Below, in pieces: positions 1-9,138 of a DNA stretch of 63,365 nucleotides. Both the position numbers and the translations under genes were made by a program. The stretch comes from Smithellaceae bacterium. GTDB lineage: Bacteria; Desulfobacterota; Syntrophia; Syntrophales; Smithellaceae. Within the stretch, counting starts at the first letter, position 1. Each line of letters begins with the position of its first letter. Where the stretch lies: NCBI GenBank assembly GCA_035448625.1, contig DAOTJI010000004.1, positions 1 through 63,365 of the forward strand, in the 5' to 3' direction. The notes under the pieces were generated by a model. It was not told the DNA's origin, ran no database searches, and saw only the letters and a list, made by a program, of their open reading frames with translations.

Positions 1-117
1 GAATGCCGTTGCGGGTCTCCATCCTGCCGCAAAATCATAGGAAACTACAAAGATCTGCCAGATGAACTCAAAACAAAGTATGATAAGTACACACCGGACT
101 GGATCAAGACTCTCTGA
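1..117 (+). CDS. C-terminal end of a SET-domain protein (post-SET Cys motif), 5' part cut by window edge
   Basis: Frame 1 reads ECRCGSPSCRKIIGNYKDLPDELKTKYDKYTPDWIKTL then TGA. The CxCxxxxC spacing is the post-SET zinc motif that closes SET methyltransferases. Only 38 codons are visible. Confidence 0.5.
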   Translation, partial: ECRCGSPSCRKIIGNYKDLPDELKTKYDKYTPDWIKTL

Positions 118-211
118 AGAGAATGCGGCCAATCCTTCACGGCATGCGGAGAAAGCGCCTAACCAGGCGTTGGAGCCGACTCGTTACACTCGCGTCTCAA
201 CTTACCGTTGT

Positions 212-391
212 TTACTCACTTTTCGCGGCCAGCTCATAGAGTTTCCATCCCGGCACACCATCACAGGCAATATCAATATCACGGGCTACAGAAGGCGTTT
301 TTGCCATGCTGCCGAAAAGAATGAGTCTTGTTGCGCCATAGGTTCTGGCCAGTTCAACAATTCTGTCAATTTTGGATGGGTCAATGGCCAT
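212..391 (-). CDS. Minimal nucleotidyltransferase (MntA/Pol-beta-like) fragment, 59 aa, probably truncated
   Basis: Hand translation (below the 60-aa track cutoff): MAIDPSKIDRIVELARTYGATRLILFGSMAKTPSVARDIDIACDGVPGWKLYELAAKSE, then TAA. It contains the G-S-x(9)-D-x-D minimal NTase motif. It is about half the usual length and no HepT-like partner follows. Confidence 0.5.
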   Translation of the reverse strand: MAIDPSKIDRIVELARTYGATRLILFGSMAKTPSVARDIDIACDGVPGWKLYELAAKSE

Positions 392-424
392 GTATCTTTG
401 CCTTTCTCAAATTTCATTTTCTGC

Positions 425-452
425 ATAATATCAAAATGTTAAATACCGTCAA
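425..452 (-). promoter_or_regulatory. Candidate sigma70 promoter for the NTase fragment (TTGACG-16 nt-TATTAT)
   Basis: Minus strand: TTGACG at 452..447, a 16-nt spacer, TATTAT at 430..425, about 35 nt upstream of the ATG at 391. Confidence 0.4.
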
Positions 453-594
453 CCTATTGATCGTGGCACAAATCAATTGAAAAATCCGCAGTTCGATCGA
501 AGCATGACTGCACGAAAGCATGTTCCGGTTTAACGGCGACCCTTAAGCCTTACTGGATGTCGGCCTCCGCCAGGCATGACGGAAAATATTTTCA

Positions 595-643
595 CCCTCC
601 CTCAATCCCTCCCCTGATACCCTAAAGGGCACAAGAGGGAGGG
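595..643 (-). terminator. GC-rich hairpin just after the radical-SAM stop codon (possible end of the dcw transcript)
   Basis: CCCTCCCTC (595-603) pairs with GAGGGAGGG (635-643), giving a 9-bp stem with a 31-nt loop. On the minus strand it starts 5 nt after the TGA and is followed by TGAAAATATTTTCC. The loop is long, so this is not a canonical terminator. Confidence 0.35.
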
Positions 644-647
644 AAGA

Positions 648-2336
648 TCAATCAGGTAGAGCCTTTTTATATTCTTTAATCAATGCTTTTTGGGGAACGC
701 CGACTTCGATGATGTCCCACGGCAGAAATTCATTTACATCCTTTTGACGATAAACGTAGAAGTCGGGATTGATGGTCACCTCTTTGAATGCCCGCACCCA
801 GTTGCCGTTCAGACGGTGGACGACCGCTAGAATTTCCCCCACGCGCCGGTCCCCCAGGGACAAAAGCGCCTGCACGTAGGACCACTTCGGCACGTCGGCA
901 ATGACGTTGATCTGCTTGTCGGCGCGAAACGCGTGGGCGATCTTTTTCATTCTGCGCCCCACATCCTGAACATCCGCAAGCGGGCACCATTGGAGCGGAG
1001 TATGCGGTTTGGGGATGAATGGATTCATGCTGAGCGTGATGCGCCGGAATTTTCGTTTTCCTTTTGTGCGGGCCAGCGCCGTGTGCTGTATGGTTTTGGC
1101 CAGATCGATGACGGCGTCAATATCTTCATCCTTCTCCGTGGGCAGACCCACCATAAAATACAGTCGGAGATTCGCAATATCTCCGTCGATCAGGCACCGC
1201 GCGGCCTGCAAAATATCTTCCTCGGTGATGCCTTTGCGCAGCAGATCGCGCAGACGCTGGCTTCCCGCCTCCGGCGCGAGGGCGACCGTCTCGATGCCGC
1301 CGGCCTTGAGCAGCTCTACAATGCTTCCATCCATCTTGTCCAGACGCAGTGATCCTATGCCTACCTGCGCACCGCGATCAATAATATATTGGCAGATTTT
1401 CACCAGATCAGGATGATCGGAAACCGCCGTACCGATCAAGCCGATTTTATTTTTCGCTTTCAGGCCATGATCGATGGCCTGCGTAATTTTTTCATAGCTG
1501 CGGAAACGGGGCGGGGCATAAACGTGTCCCGCCGCGCAGAAACGGCAGAAATGCGGACAACCGCGGTTGACTTCCATCAGAAACATGTCCGCCATTTCCG
1601 AATCCGGCGTGCTGACGACTTCCGTCGTGGAAAAGGCATCCATGTTTTTCACGGGGGTCGTCCGGATTTTCTCGGGCAGATCTTCCGTGTGCGGGGACAT
1701 GCCGCGGATTCTGCCGTCCGGAAAATAGCGAACCTCGTAAAGGGAAGGAACATACACCCCCGGTATTTTCTTCTGCAAAGACGCCAGCAGGGCTTCCCGG
1801 CCGATGCCGGACGGCAGGTCTTCGACCAGCATTCGTGCGAATCCGGGCAGCGTTTCCTCGGCTTCCCCGATCAGAAAGGCGTCGAAAAAATCCGCCAGGG
1901 GCTCCGGATTGAGCGTCAGCGCGATGCCGCCGCCGATCACCAGCGGTTGACCGTCCGCCCGGTCTTTCGCTTTCAGCGGAAGGCCTCCTGAATCCAGCAT
2001 TTTCAGGATGGCGGGGTAATCGTTTTCAAAGGAAACGGAAAATGCCAGAACATCGAAATCGCGAAGGGGCTTTCGGCTTTCCAGACTGAAAAGTTCCACC
2101 GCGCCGGCGGCGTATTCGGCTCCGCCGCCGACGGGCAGAAACACTCTCTCACAAAGAAGGGAGGGGAGCTCATTGATGATTTTATAAACCGTCTGGAAGC
2201 CGAGGTTGGCCATGCCGATCCGATAGAGATTGGGATAGGCCAGGCAAACCGTGAGGCAGGTTCCCCAGACTTTTTTCACAGCGCCCCGCTCGCGAGCCAG
2301 CAGGGCATCGTTTTTTTTCTTCTGCTTCCAGTTCAT
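648..2336 (-). CDS. B12-binding-domain / radical SAM protein (large uncharacterised rSAM family)
   Basis: CPHFCRFC (CxxxCxxC) cluster motif in MEVNRGCPHFCRFCAAGHVY. The N-terminal region is Rossmann/B12-like. Start is set at MNWKQKKK (ATG 2336) because the 5' extension to 2432 is Arg-rich and overlaps ftsZ. Confidence 0.85.
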   Translation of the reverse strand: MNWKQKKKNDALLARERGAVKKVWGTCLTVCLAYPNLYRIGMANLGFQTVYKIINELPSLLCERVFLPVGGGAEYAAGAVELFSLESRKPLRDFDVLAFSVSFENDYPAILKMLDSGGLPLKAKDRADGQPLVIGGGIALTLNPEPLADFFDAFLIGEAEETLPGFARMLVEDLPSGIGREALLASLQKKIPGVYVPSLYEVRYFPDGRIRGMSPHTEDLPEKIRTTPVKNMDAFSTTEVVSTPDSEMADMFLMEVNRGCPHFCRFCAAGHVYAPPRFRSYEKITQAIDHGLKAKNKIGLIGTAVSDHPDLVKICQYIIDRGAQVGIGSLRLDKMDGSIVELLKAGGIETVALAPEAGSQRLRDLLRKGITEEDILQAARCLIDGDIANLRLYFMVGLPTEKDEDIDAVIDLAKTIQHTALARTKGKRKFRRITLSMNPFIPKPHTPLQWCPLADVQDVGRRMKKIAHAFRADKQINVIADVPKWSYVQALLSLGDRRVGEILAVVHRLNGNWVRAFKEVTINPDFYVYRQKDVNEFLPWDIIEVGVPQKALIKEYKKALPD

Positions 2337-2394
2337 GGACCGCTCAAGGCCTCCTTTGCGATCCAGACCGCACCCGGACAGCCGCGATGCCTTC

Positions 2395-3543
2395 CTAGTC
2401 CGCCTGCCGGCGCAGGAACGTGGGAATGTCAATGTCGACGTGTTCGTTTTCTTCGTTGACGCCCATCGTCACCACATTGGCCGGGTCTCCGGATTTGCTT
2501 CTGCGCATGAACGCCGGCGTCGACAGATCCTCCCTTCGGAAGCCGCCCAGATGCGTCACATTGGAGGGAGCCTGCTTCTTTTTGACATCCTCGAATCCGG
2601 TCGCGATCACCGTAATGCGGATCTCATCCTTCATGTTTTCGTCAATGACCGTGCCGAAGATGATATTGGCTTCCTCATGCGCTTCGGCCTGAATCAGCGA
2701 AGAGGCCTCATTCACTTCGTACAGGCTCATGTCGGGTCCGCCGGTGATGCTGAGCAGGATGCCCTGCGCGCCCTGGATGGTGTTGTCCTCCAAGAGCGGC
2801 GAAGAAATCGCCCGCTGCGCGGCTTCGACGGCGCGGTTTTCGCCGCTGGCCGTGCCGGTACCCATGAGCGCCATGCCCATGCCGCTCATGATGCTCTTGA
2901 CGTCGGCAAAATCAAGATTGATCAGTCCCGGGACCAGGATCAGATCGGAAATGCCTTTGACGGCCTGATAAAGAATGTCATCGGCTTTTTTGAAGGCTTC
3001 GACCAGGGAAAGACCCCGACCGCCCAGACTCAGCAGCCTCTGGTTGGGAACCACAATCAGCGTGTCCACCACATCCCGCAGCTGCACGATGCCTTCCTCG
3101 GCCTGCGCGTTTCTTCTTTTGCCTTCAAACTGAAACGGCTTGGTGACCACGGCAACCGTCAGCGCGCCGCATTCCCGGGCCACGTCCGCAATCACCGGCG
3201 CCGCACCCGTGCCGGTCCCTCCGCCGAGGCCCGCCGTAATGAAGATCATGTCCGCCCCTTCCAGGTGCCGGCGGATTTCGTCGCGAGATTCCAGCGCCGC
3301 CTGTTTGCCGATTTCCGGATTCGAGCCCGCGCCCAGGCCCTTGGTCACTTCCGCCCCGATTTGGATCTTCACGGGCGCGCTTGACACTCCCAGCGCCTGG
3401 GCGTCCGTATTCGCGATGATAAAATCGACGCCGCGCAGCGTGTAGGAGATCATGGTATTGACGGCGTTGCTTCCGCCGCCGCCCGCGCCCACCACTTTGA
3501 TCCTTGCCGAACTCTCGATGCATTCCTCCGTTAATTCAAACAT
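2395..3543 (-). CDS. ftsZ: Cell division GTPase FtsZ
   Basis: [13 protein letters not shown] and [15 protein letters not shown] tubulin signature motifs. ATG at 3543 is preceded by AAGGGGGTG. Confidence 0.97.
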   Translation of the reverse strand: MFELTEECIESSARIKVVGAGGGGSNAVNTMISYTLRGVDFIIANTDAQALGVSSAPVKIQIGAEVTKGLGAGSNPEIGKQAALESRDEIRRHLEGADMIFITAGLGGGTGTGAAPVIADVARECGALTVAVVTKPFQFEGKRRNAQAEEGIVQLRDVVDTLIVVPNQRLLSLGGRGLSLVEAFKKADDILYQAVKGISDLILVPGLINLDFADVKSIMSGMGMALMGTGTASGENRAVEAAQRAISSPLLEDNTIQGAQGILLSITGGPDMSLYEVNEASSLIQAEAHEEANIIFGTVIDENMKDEIRITVIATGFEDVKKKQAPSNVTHLGGFRREDLSTPAFMRRSKSGDPANVVTMGVNEENEHVDIDIPTFLRRQAD

Positions 3544-3561
3544 GCACACCCCCTTCTTTGT

Positions 3562-4788
3562 TTAGAAAAATTCCAGAAACCATTTTTTGAGTGTCTTAAA
3601 ATATTCGCCGAATACATTCCCCGTCTTCCCGTAGACGGAATCACCGGGAATGGCTTTGCTGCCGTAAACGATCAAACCGACGCCGACCGCAAAGGCCGGT
3701 GAGTTCGCCACATCGCTCAATCCGCCGACGCCGGTGGGATACCCCCGACGCACCGGCATGTCAAAGATCTGCTCCGCCATTTCGTTGATGCCGGGCAGAA
3801 GCGAAGAGCCGCCGGTCAGCACGATGCCCGCCGCCAGCAGGTCCTCATAGCCGGAGCGCACGATTTCCTTGAGGGCCATGTTCAGGATTTCATCCATGCG
3901 GGGCTCCACGATCCGGCCCAGAATCTGCCGTGAGACCATCCGGGCCTCCCGGCCGCCCACGCTGGGCACCTCAATGACGTCTTCCTTCGGAATCATCGAC
4001 GTCATGGCGCAGCCGTGGTTCAGCTTGATTTTTTCCGCCTCGGCAAACGGCGTGCGCAGGCCCGTGGCGATGTCCGTAGTCAGAAAGTTGCCGCCCACCG
4101 GAAGCGTGGCCGTGTGTTTGATGCTTCCCTCCGCAAAGATGGCCATCCCCGTCGTCGCCCCGCCGATGTCGATCAGGGCAACGCCCAGATCCTTTTCATC
4201 GGGGCTGAGAATAGCCTCGCTGGCCGCCAGCTGCTCCAGCACGACATCTTCAATATCGAGGCCCACCCGGTTGACGGATTTGACCACGTTCTGAATCGAG
4301 GCGGCGGCGCCGGTCACGATATGCACCTTGGCTTCCAACCGCACGCCCGACATCCCCACCGGATCGCGGATGCCGTCCTGTCCGTCCACCACATAGCTCT
4401 GGGGCAGCGTGTGCAGAATTTCCCGGTCCACGGGAATGGCGATCGCCTTGGAGGCTTCCATCGCCCGCTGAAGGTCGTCCTCGCCGACTTCCCGGCCTTT
4501 TACGGCGACAATGCCCAGGGAGTTCTGTCCTTTGACGTGGCTGCCGGCGATTCCGACGTAGGCGGAATTGATGCGGCAGCCGGACATGTGTTCGGCGTCT
4601 TCCACGGCCTTTTTGATGGCTTCGACGGTGCTGTCGATGTTGACCACGCCTCCCTTGCGCAGCTCCTTGGCGGGGGTGATCCCCATGCCGATGATGTCGA
4701 TGCCGGTCGGTTTTACCTCGCCGACAATCGCGATGGTTTTGGTCGTTCCAATATCGATTCCCACCAGAACATTGCTTTTTTTCGCCAT
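3562..4788 (-). CDS. ftsA: Cell division protein FtsA
   Basis: Actin-like ATPase N-terminus VGIDIGTTKT and dcw position. Start at MAKKSN (ATG 4788) with a GGGTGAG RBS. Confidence 0.95.
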   Translation of the reverse strand: MAKKSNVLVGIDIGTTKTIAIVGEVKPTGIDIIGMGITPAKELRKGGVVNIDSTVEAIKKAVEDAEHMSGCRINSAYVGIAGSHVKGQNSLGIVAVKGREVGEDDLQRAMEASKAIAIPVDREILHTLPQSYVVDGQDGIRDPVGMSGVRLEAKVHIVTGAAASIQNVVKSVNRVGLDIEDVVLEQLAASEAILSPDEKDLGVALIDIGGATTGMAIFAEGSIKHTATLPVGGNFLTTDIATGLRTPFAEAEKIKLNHGCAMTSMIPKEDVIEVPSVGGREARMVSRQILGRIVEPRMDEILNMALKEIVRSGYEDLLAAGIVLTGGSSLLPGINEMAEQIFDMPVRRGYPTGVGGLSDVANSPAFAVGVGLIVYGSKAIPGDSVYGKTGNVFGEYFKTLKKWFLEFF

Positions 4789-4812
4789 AATCTCACCCTT
4801 CCCCGTCACCGC

Positions 4813-5652
4813 CTATATTCGGTACTGCGGTCCTTTCTTCTGCTCCTGGGCCTTTCCCGGTTCGTCCTTTCGCTGAACGGTCACTTTGGAAATGTCGGCC
4901 AGGTCCACGAACAAACGGCCGTTCTTCATCCCCCGCTTTTCCAGATCCGCCAGAACGACATCCAGCCGGCGCACCTTATCCGTAAAATGGTCCCGTCCCA
5001 GTTTCAGATGTAATCCCCGATCGGTCAGCACGGACAGGCCGAACACCTCGTCGATATGAATTTCGGAAATCGTCCCCAGCGACGCGTACGAATCGCCGGA
5101 CAGGGTCCCCAGCAGTTTCAGCGCCTCGGCCAGAAGAGGAGACGGTGTTTTCCCGAGGTTCACGCCGGTCAGAATCGCCAGATCGACATCGTCCGTGCGG
5201 CTTAATTTTTTAAAGACAACGCCCTCCGCATCCATCAGGTAAAAATTCCCCGTCTGCTTGACCAGAGCAATCGGCGTCCGTTCGCGTACATCCAGCACCA
5301 GCCGGCCCGGCAGTTCCCGGCCGACGTAAATTCTTTTGACCCAGGGATTGACGGCGATCCGCCGCGCCACGGCGTCGGTGTTGACCGCCAGAAGATTGCA
5401 GCGGGGCTGAATTTTCGCCAGCTCCAGGATGTCCTTTTCAGTCAGTTCCTTCACCCCGCGCACGGATATTTCCTTGAGCTCCAGACCGGGGGCACTGAGC
5501 AGCACGCTGTAAAGATAAACCAGCAGGGCGCTTGCGACCGCGGCCAGCGCCAGCAGGGCCAGCGCCCCCAGCGATTCGTTCAACGCCCCGATCAGACGCC
5601 GTCGCAGACGGTTTTTTCTGGCTTCCAGACTGACTTTGATCTTTGGACTCAC
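4813..5652 (-). CDS. ftsQ: Cell division protein FtsQ (POTRA domain)
   Basis: Single N-terminal TM segment, then a POTRA-like region. Lies between murB and ftsA. The GTG start overlaps the murB stop (GTGA). Confidence 0.85.
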   Translation of the reverse strand: MSPKIKVSLEARKNRLRRRLIGALNESLGALALLALAAVASALLVYLYSVLLSAPGLELKEISVRGVKELTEKDILELAKIQPRCNLLAVNTDAVARRIAVNPWVKRIYVGRELPGRLVLDVRERTPIALVKQTGNFYLMDAEGVVFKKLSRTDDVDLAILTGVNLGKTPSPLLAEALKLLGTLSGDSYASLGTISEIHIDEVFGLSVLTDRGLHLKLGRDHFTDKVRRLDVVLADLEKRGMKNGRLFVDLADISKVTVQRKDEPGKAQEQKKGPQYRI

Positions 5653-6575
5653 GATTCTTCTCCGATGACGACGATTTCCGTTTCCATCAAAAGGCCTCTT
5701 TCCTTTTGAACCGTTTCCTGCACCAGCCGGATCAACTTCACCATGTCGGACGCCGTGCCCTGCCCTTTGTTGATCATGAAGTTGGCATGTTTCTTCGAAA
5801 TCTGCACGTCGCCCAGCCGACGGCCCTTCAGACCCAGCTCCTCGATCAGCCGGCCCGCCGGCATGCCCGGAAAATTTTTAAAAACCGACCCGGCGCTGGG
5901 ATACTGCAGGGGATGTTTCTCCTGGCGCCACTTCATGATTTGAGCCATCCGCTCCCGGATCTGCGCCGGATGGCCTTTGGACAGGACGAATCGCGCGCCG
6001 CAGAGAACGACATTTTCGGGCAGATTGGACTTGCGGTAGGCAAAGGCGATCTCCTCCCGCCGCAGGGTTTTCCTCTTCCCCCCGCCGTCGATCAAGTCCG
6101 CACAAACCAGCACGTCCTTGATTTCGGATCCGAACGCGCCGGCGTTCATCCAGACCGCCCCGCCGACGCTGCCGGGAATCCCCGTGCAAAACTCCAGACC
6201 CGTCAGCTCATGCTCGGCGGCCAGCCCGACAATCCGGCCCAGCGCCGCGCCCGCCTGTGCTTCGATCCGGAACCGCCCGTCTTCCGCGGGCGTAAACACG
6301 GCCCTGTCCAGGGCGCGCAGCGAGATCAGGACGCCGCGGTATCCGCCGTCGCGCACGAGGATATTGGTGAGATTCCCGACCGGCAAGAATGGAATCCGCC
6401 GCTCCTGCAGCCTGCGCACCGCTTCTTCGAGCTGCGCTTCGCTTTCGGGCATCACCAGCGCGTCCGCCCGGCCGCCGAGTTTCAGCGACGCGTGGCGTGA
6501 CATCGGCTCATCGAACCACACCCGGCCGACGTTTGCGCCCTCGAACGCCCCTGCGATGTTCGAATCACCGGTCAT
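5649..6575 (-). CDS. murB: UDP-N-acetylenolpyruvoylglucosamine reductase MurB
   Basis: FAD-binding PCMH-type N-terminus and a C-terminal MurB domain (GSVFKNP-like GSVFKNFPG). ATGA overlap with murC. Confidence 0.93.
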   Translation of the reverse strand: MTGDSNIAGAFEGANVGRVWFDEPMSRHASLKLGGRADALVMPESEAQLEEAVRRLQERRIPFLPVGNLTNILVRDGGYRGVLISLRALDRAVFTPAEDGRFRIEAQAGAALGRIVGLAAEHELTGLEFCTGIPGSVGGAVWMNAGAFGSEIKDVLVCADLIDGGGKRKTLRREEIAFAYRKSNLPENVVLCGARFVLSKGHPAQIRERMAQIMKWRQEKHPLQYPSAGSVFKNFPGMPAGRLIEELGLKGRRLGDVQISKKHANFMINKGQGTASDMVKLIRLVQETVQKERGLLMETEIVVIGEES

Positions 6576-7984
6576 GGATGGAGAGCCTCCTCGTTGAGGC
6601 GCTCGAGAAACGCCTCGCCGATTTTATACACACTGCCCGCCCCCAGCGTCAGGACGGTGTCTCCGGGTCTGGCGTTGGCCAGCAGAAACTCCACGGTAGA
6701 CTGCGGCTGGGCGATGTATTCCACGCAGGGATGGCCGCCTTCCTTGATCGCCACCCACAGCGCCGCGGAGTGGACGCCGGGAATCGGCGCCTCCGACGCC
6801 GGATAAATATCGTTGAGCACCAGCACGTCCGCGTCGCCGAACGCCCTGGTAAATTCATCAAACAGCGCCTTGGTCCGCGTGTAGCGGTGCGGCTGAAACA
6901 CCACGATGAGCCGGCCCTTCTTCGTCTGGCGCACCGCCGCCAGCGTGGCCATAATTTCCGTCGGGTGATGGCCGTAATCGTCCATCACGGTAATCGAACC
7001 GGCCTCCCCCTTGACTTCGAGCCGCCGCTGTACGCCGGAGAAAGCCAGCAGTCCCTTGCGGAGGACCTGCATATCCAGGTCCAGTTCGCGCCCCACAGCA
7101 ATGGCGGCCATGGAGTTGTAGACATTGAAGAGTCCCGGCACGACCAGTTCGACGTCGCCCAGATTCTCCCCCCGGTAAGACAGGGCATATCGGGTTTTGG
7201 CGCCCGAGTGCCGCACGCCGCGGGCCGTGTAATCGGCCGGATGCGTGATGCCGTAAGTGATCATACGGCGCTTGACCGAGCGGGCAATGGCGCGCACATG
7301 CTCATTGTCGCTGCACATCACCGTGCAGCCGTAAAAGGGCACCATGTTGGCAAATTTCAAAAAGGCGTCCTTGATTTCCTCGATGCCCGGATAATAGTCC
7401 AGATGCTCGCGGTCAATATTGGTGATGACGGCGATGGTGGGCGACAGCTTGAGAAACGACCCGTCGCTCTCGTCCGCCTCCGCGACGAGAATGTCTCCGC
7501 CGCCCAGACGGGCGTTCGATCCGATGCTGGCCAGCTTGCCGCCGATCACCATCGTAGGATCCAGGCCGCCCTCCGCCAGAAGAGTGGAGACCATCGAGGT
7601 GGTCGTGGTCTTGCCGTGACTTCCGGAAACGGCCACGGAAAATTTCATTTTAAGGAGCTCCGCCAGCATTTCCGCCCGGGGGATGACCGGAATATTCTTG
7701 CGATGCGCCTCCAGCACTTCCGGGTTGTCCGGCTTCACCGCGGTGGAGGTGACCACCACGTCCGCACTCCCGATGTTTTCCGCCGCATGCCCGACGGCAA
7801 CGGCCGCGCCCAGACGCTGCAGGCGCCTGGTCGTGTCGGTGGACTGGACGTCCGATCCGCTGACGCCGTATCCGAGATTCAGCAGCACCTCGGCAATCCC
7901 GCTCATTCCGATGCCGCCGATGCCGACAAAGTGAATGCGCTTGACTTTCCGTTGCATGAATCCGGTTTCCTGGTCTTTGCTCAT
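6572..7984 (-). CDS. murC: UDP-N-acetylmuramate--L-alanine ligase MurC
   Basis: IHFVGIGGIGMSGIA N-terminus and GSHGKTTTTSM P-loop. Start chosen at MSKDQ (ATG 7984, RBS AGAGGA) rather than 8035, which would overlap murG by 44 nt. Confidence 0.95.
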   Translation of the reverse strand: MSKDQETGFMQRKVKRIHFVGIGGIGMSGIAEVLLNLGYGVSGSDVQSTDTTRRLQRLGAAVAVGHAAENIGSADVVVTSTAVKPDNPEVLEAHRKNIPVIPRAEMLAELLKMKFSVAVSGSHGKTTTTSMVSTLLAEGGLDPTMVIGGKLASIGSNARLGGGDILVAEADESDGSFLKLSPTIAVITNIDREHLDYYPGIEEIKDAFLKFANMVPFYGCTVMCSDNEHVRAIARSVKRRMITYGITHPADYTARGVRHSGAKTRYALSYRGENLGDVELVVPGLFNVYNSMAAIAVGRELDLDMQVLRKGLLAFSGVQRRLEVKGEAGSITVMDDYGHHPTEIMATLAAVRQTKKGRLIVVFQPHRYTRTKALFDEFTRAFGDADVLVLNDIYPASEAPIPGVHSAALWVAIKEGGHPCVEYIAQPQSTVEFLLANARPGDTVLTLGAGSVYKIGEAFLERLNEEALHP

Positions 7985-7991
7985 TTTCCTC

Positions 7992-9086
7992 TTACCTGTT
8001 TTTGTTTTTTCCCGCCGCCAGCCGAAGGCAGACATCGACGATTTCCGCGGCGGCGCCGGGCCTGCCCAGCGCTTTGGATTTTTTTTCCATGGTCTGTAAC
8101 CTTTCGCCGTCTTTCAGCAAGGTCTCCACAAGCGAATACAGGGCCTCCGCGGAGAGCTCGCTCTCCCGGATCATAACGGAGGCGCCGGCCCGAACCATCG
8201 CCTGCGCGTTTTCGGTCTGATGGTCGTTGGCCGCGTAGGGAAAGGGGATCAGCACGGACGCTTTTCCCGCCGCCGTGATTTCCGCCAGCGACGTCGCACC
8301 GGCCCGGCAGATGATCAGGTCGGACGCCGCATAGACCGATGCCATGTCGACGATGAACGATTGAACCTCGGCCTCCACGCCGGCCTGTGTGTAGGCCTGC
8401 CGGACCGCCGCCAGGTCACGCTCGCCGGTCTGGTGGACCACCCGAATCCGGTCCGGAATCCTTTTGAGCATCGGCAGCATGGCCACGACCGTTCGGTTGA
8501 TGGCCGCCGCCCCCTGCGAACCGCCGAAAATCAGAAGTTGACGGAAGGCGCTCGTCTTTGGCGCTTCGTTCAGGCGCGCGGCAAACGCCGCGCGGACGGG
8601 ATTGCCCGTAACGCGGACTTTCCGGACGTCGAATCTTTCTTTGCTTTGCGCATAGGTCAGAAAGATTTGATCGACGAATTTTCCCAGGATACGGTTGGTG
8701 ATCCCCGCCAGTGCGTTCTGCTCCGCGATAGCGGTCGGAATGCCCATCAGGCGGGCCGTCAGAACGGCGGGGCCTGAGGCATATCCGCCGACGCCCAGGA
8801 CGGCATCGGGCCGGAAGTCCGCGAGAATCCTCCCGGACTCGATCATGCTCTTCGGGATCGCGTAAACGCTTCTGATCAAAGTCCTCCAACCCTTCCCTTT
8901 CAGCCCTTCCACATCAATCAGCTTCAGTTCGTATCCCATCTTCTTCAGAAGACGGTGTTCAATCCCCCTCCGGGTTCCGATAAAGATCACCCGGTTATGA
9001 GGATCGCGCTTCAGGAACTCTTCCGCGACGGCAATGCCGGGAAACAAATGACCGCCCGTTCCTCCTCCCGCGATGGCTATCCTCAC
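7992..9086 (-). CDS. murG: Lipid II synthase MurG (undecaprenyl-PP-MurNAc-pentapeptide GlcNAc transferase)
   Basis: IAGGGTGGHLFPGIAVA N-terminal motif, GT28 family, GTG start. Confidence 0.95.
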   Translation of the reverse strand: MRIAIAGGGTGGHLFPGIAVAEEFLKRDPHNRVIFIGTRRGIEHRLLKKMGYELKLIDVEGLKGKGWRTLIRSVYAIPKSMIESGRILADFRPDAVLGVGGYASGPAVLTARLMGIPTAIAEQNALAGITNRILGKFVDQIFLTYAQSKERFDVRKVRVTGNPVRAAFAARLNEAPKTSAFRQLLIFGGSQGAAAINRTVVAMLPMLKRIPDRIRVVHQTGERDLAAVRQAYTQAGVEAEVQSFIVDMASVYAASDLIICRAGATSLAEITAAGKASVLIPFPYAANDHQTENAQAMVRAGASVMIRESELSAEALYSLVETLLKDGERLQTMEKKSKALGRPGAAAEIVDVCLRLAAGKNKNR

Positions 9087-9138
9087 CGGTTTTCCCCCGT
9101 CTGCACGTGCGCGACGCGCGTGTGTCCCCCTGCGCCGT

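Noticed and set aside
62-442. 126-aa plus-strand ORF at the window start
   Set aside because: It overlaps the SET-tail stop in another frame and is antisense to the NTase fragment, which has a motif, an RBS and a promoter. Its own translation shows no recognisable features.
648-2432. N-terminal extensions offered by the ORF track: rSAM to 2432, ftsA to 4809, murC to 8035, mraZ to 19418, CDF to 26303, epmB from 25891, Ctp to 38708, cysS to 40414, LolB-like to 34797, DUF169 to 58009, tetR from 56165
   Set aside because: The extensions are Arg/Gly-rich, overlap upstream genes or promoters, and lack an RBS. Internal starts with SD sequences and family-typical N-termini were preferred.
6389-8176. 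595-aa plus-strand ORF across murC/murG
   Set aside because: It lies antisense to two strongly supported Mur genes. The translation is Arg/Gly/His-rich with no motifs, which is the typical shadow ORF of GC-rich DNA. The same reasoning applies to 2251..3384, 4015..5013, 9454..10557, 10627..11610, 11543..12628, 12967..14517, 14539..15573, 15637..17325 and 18322..19110.
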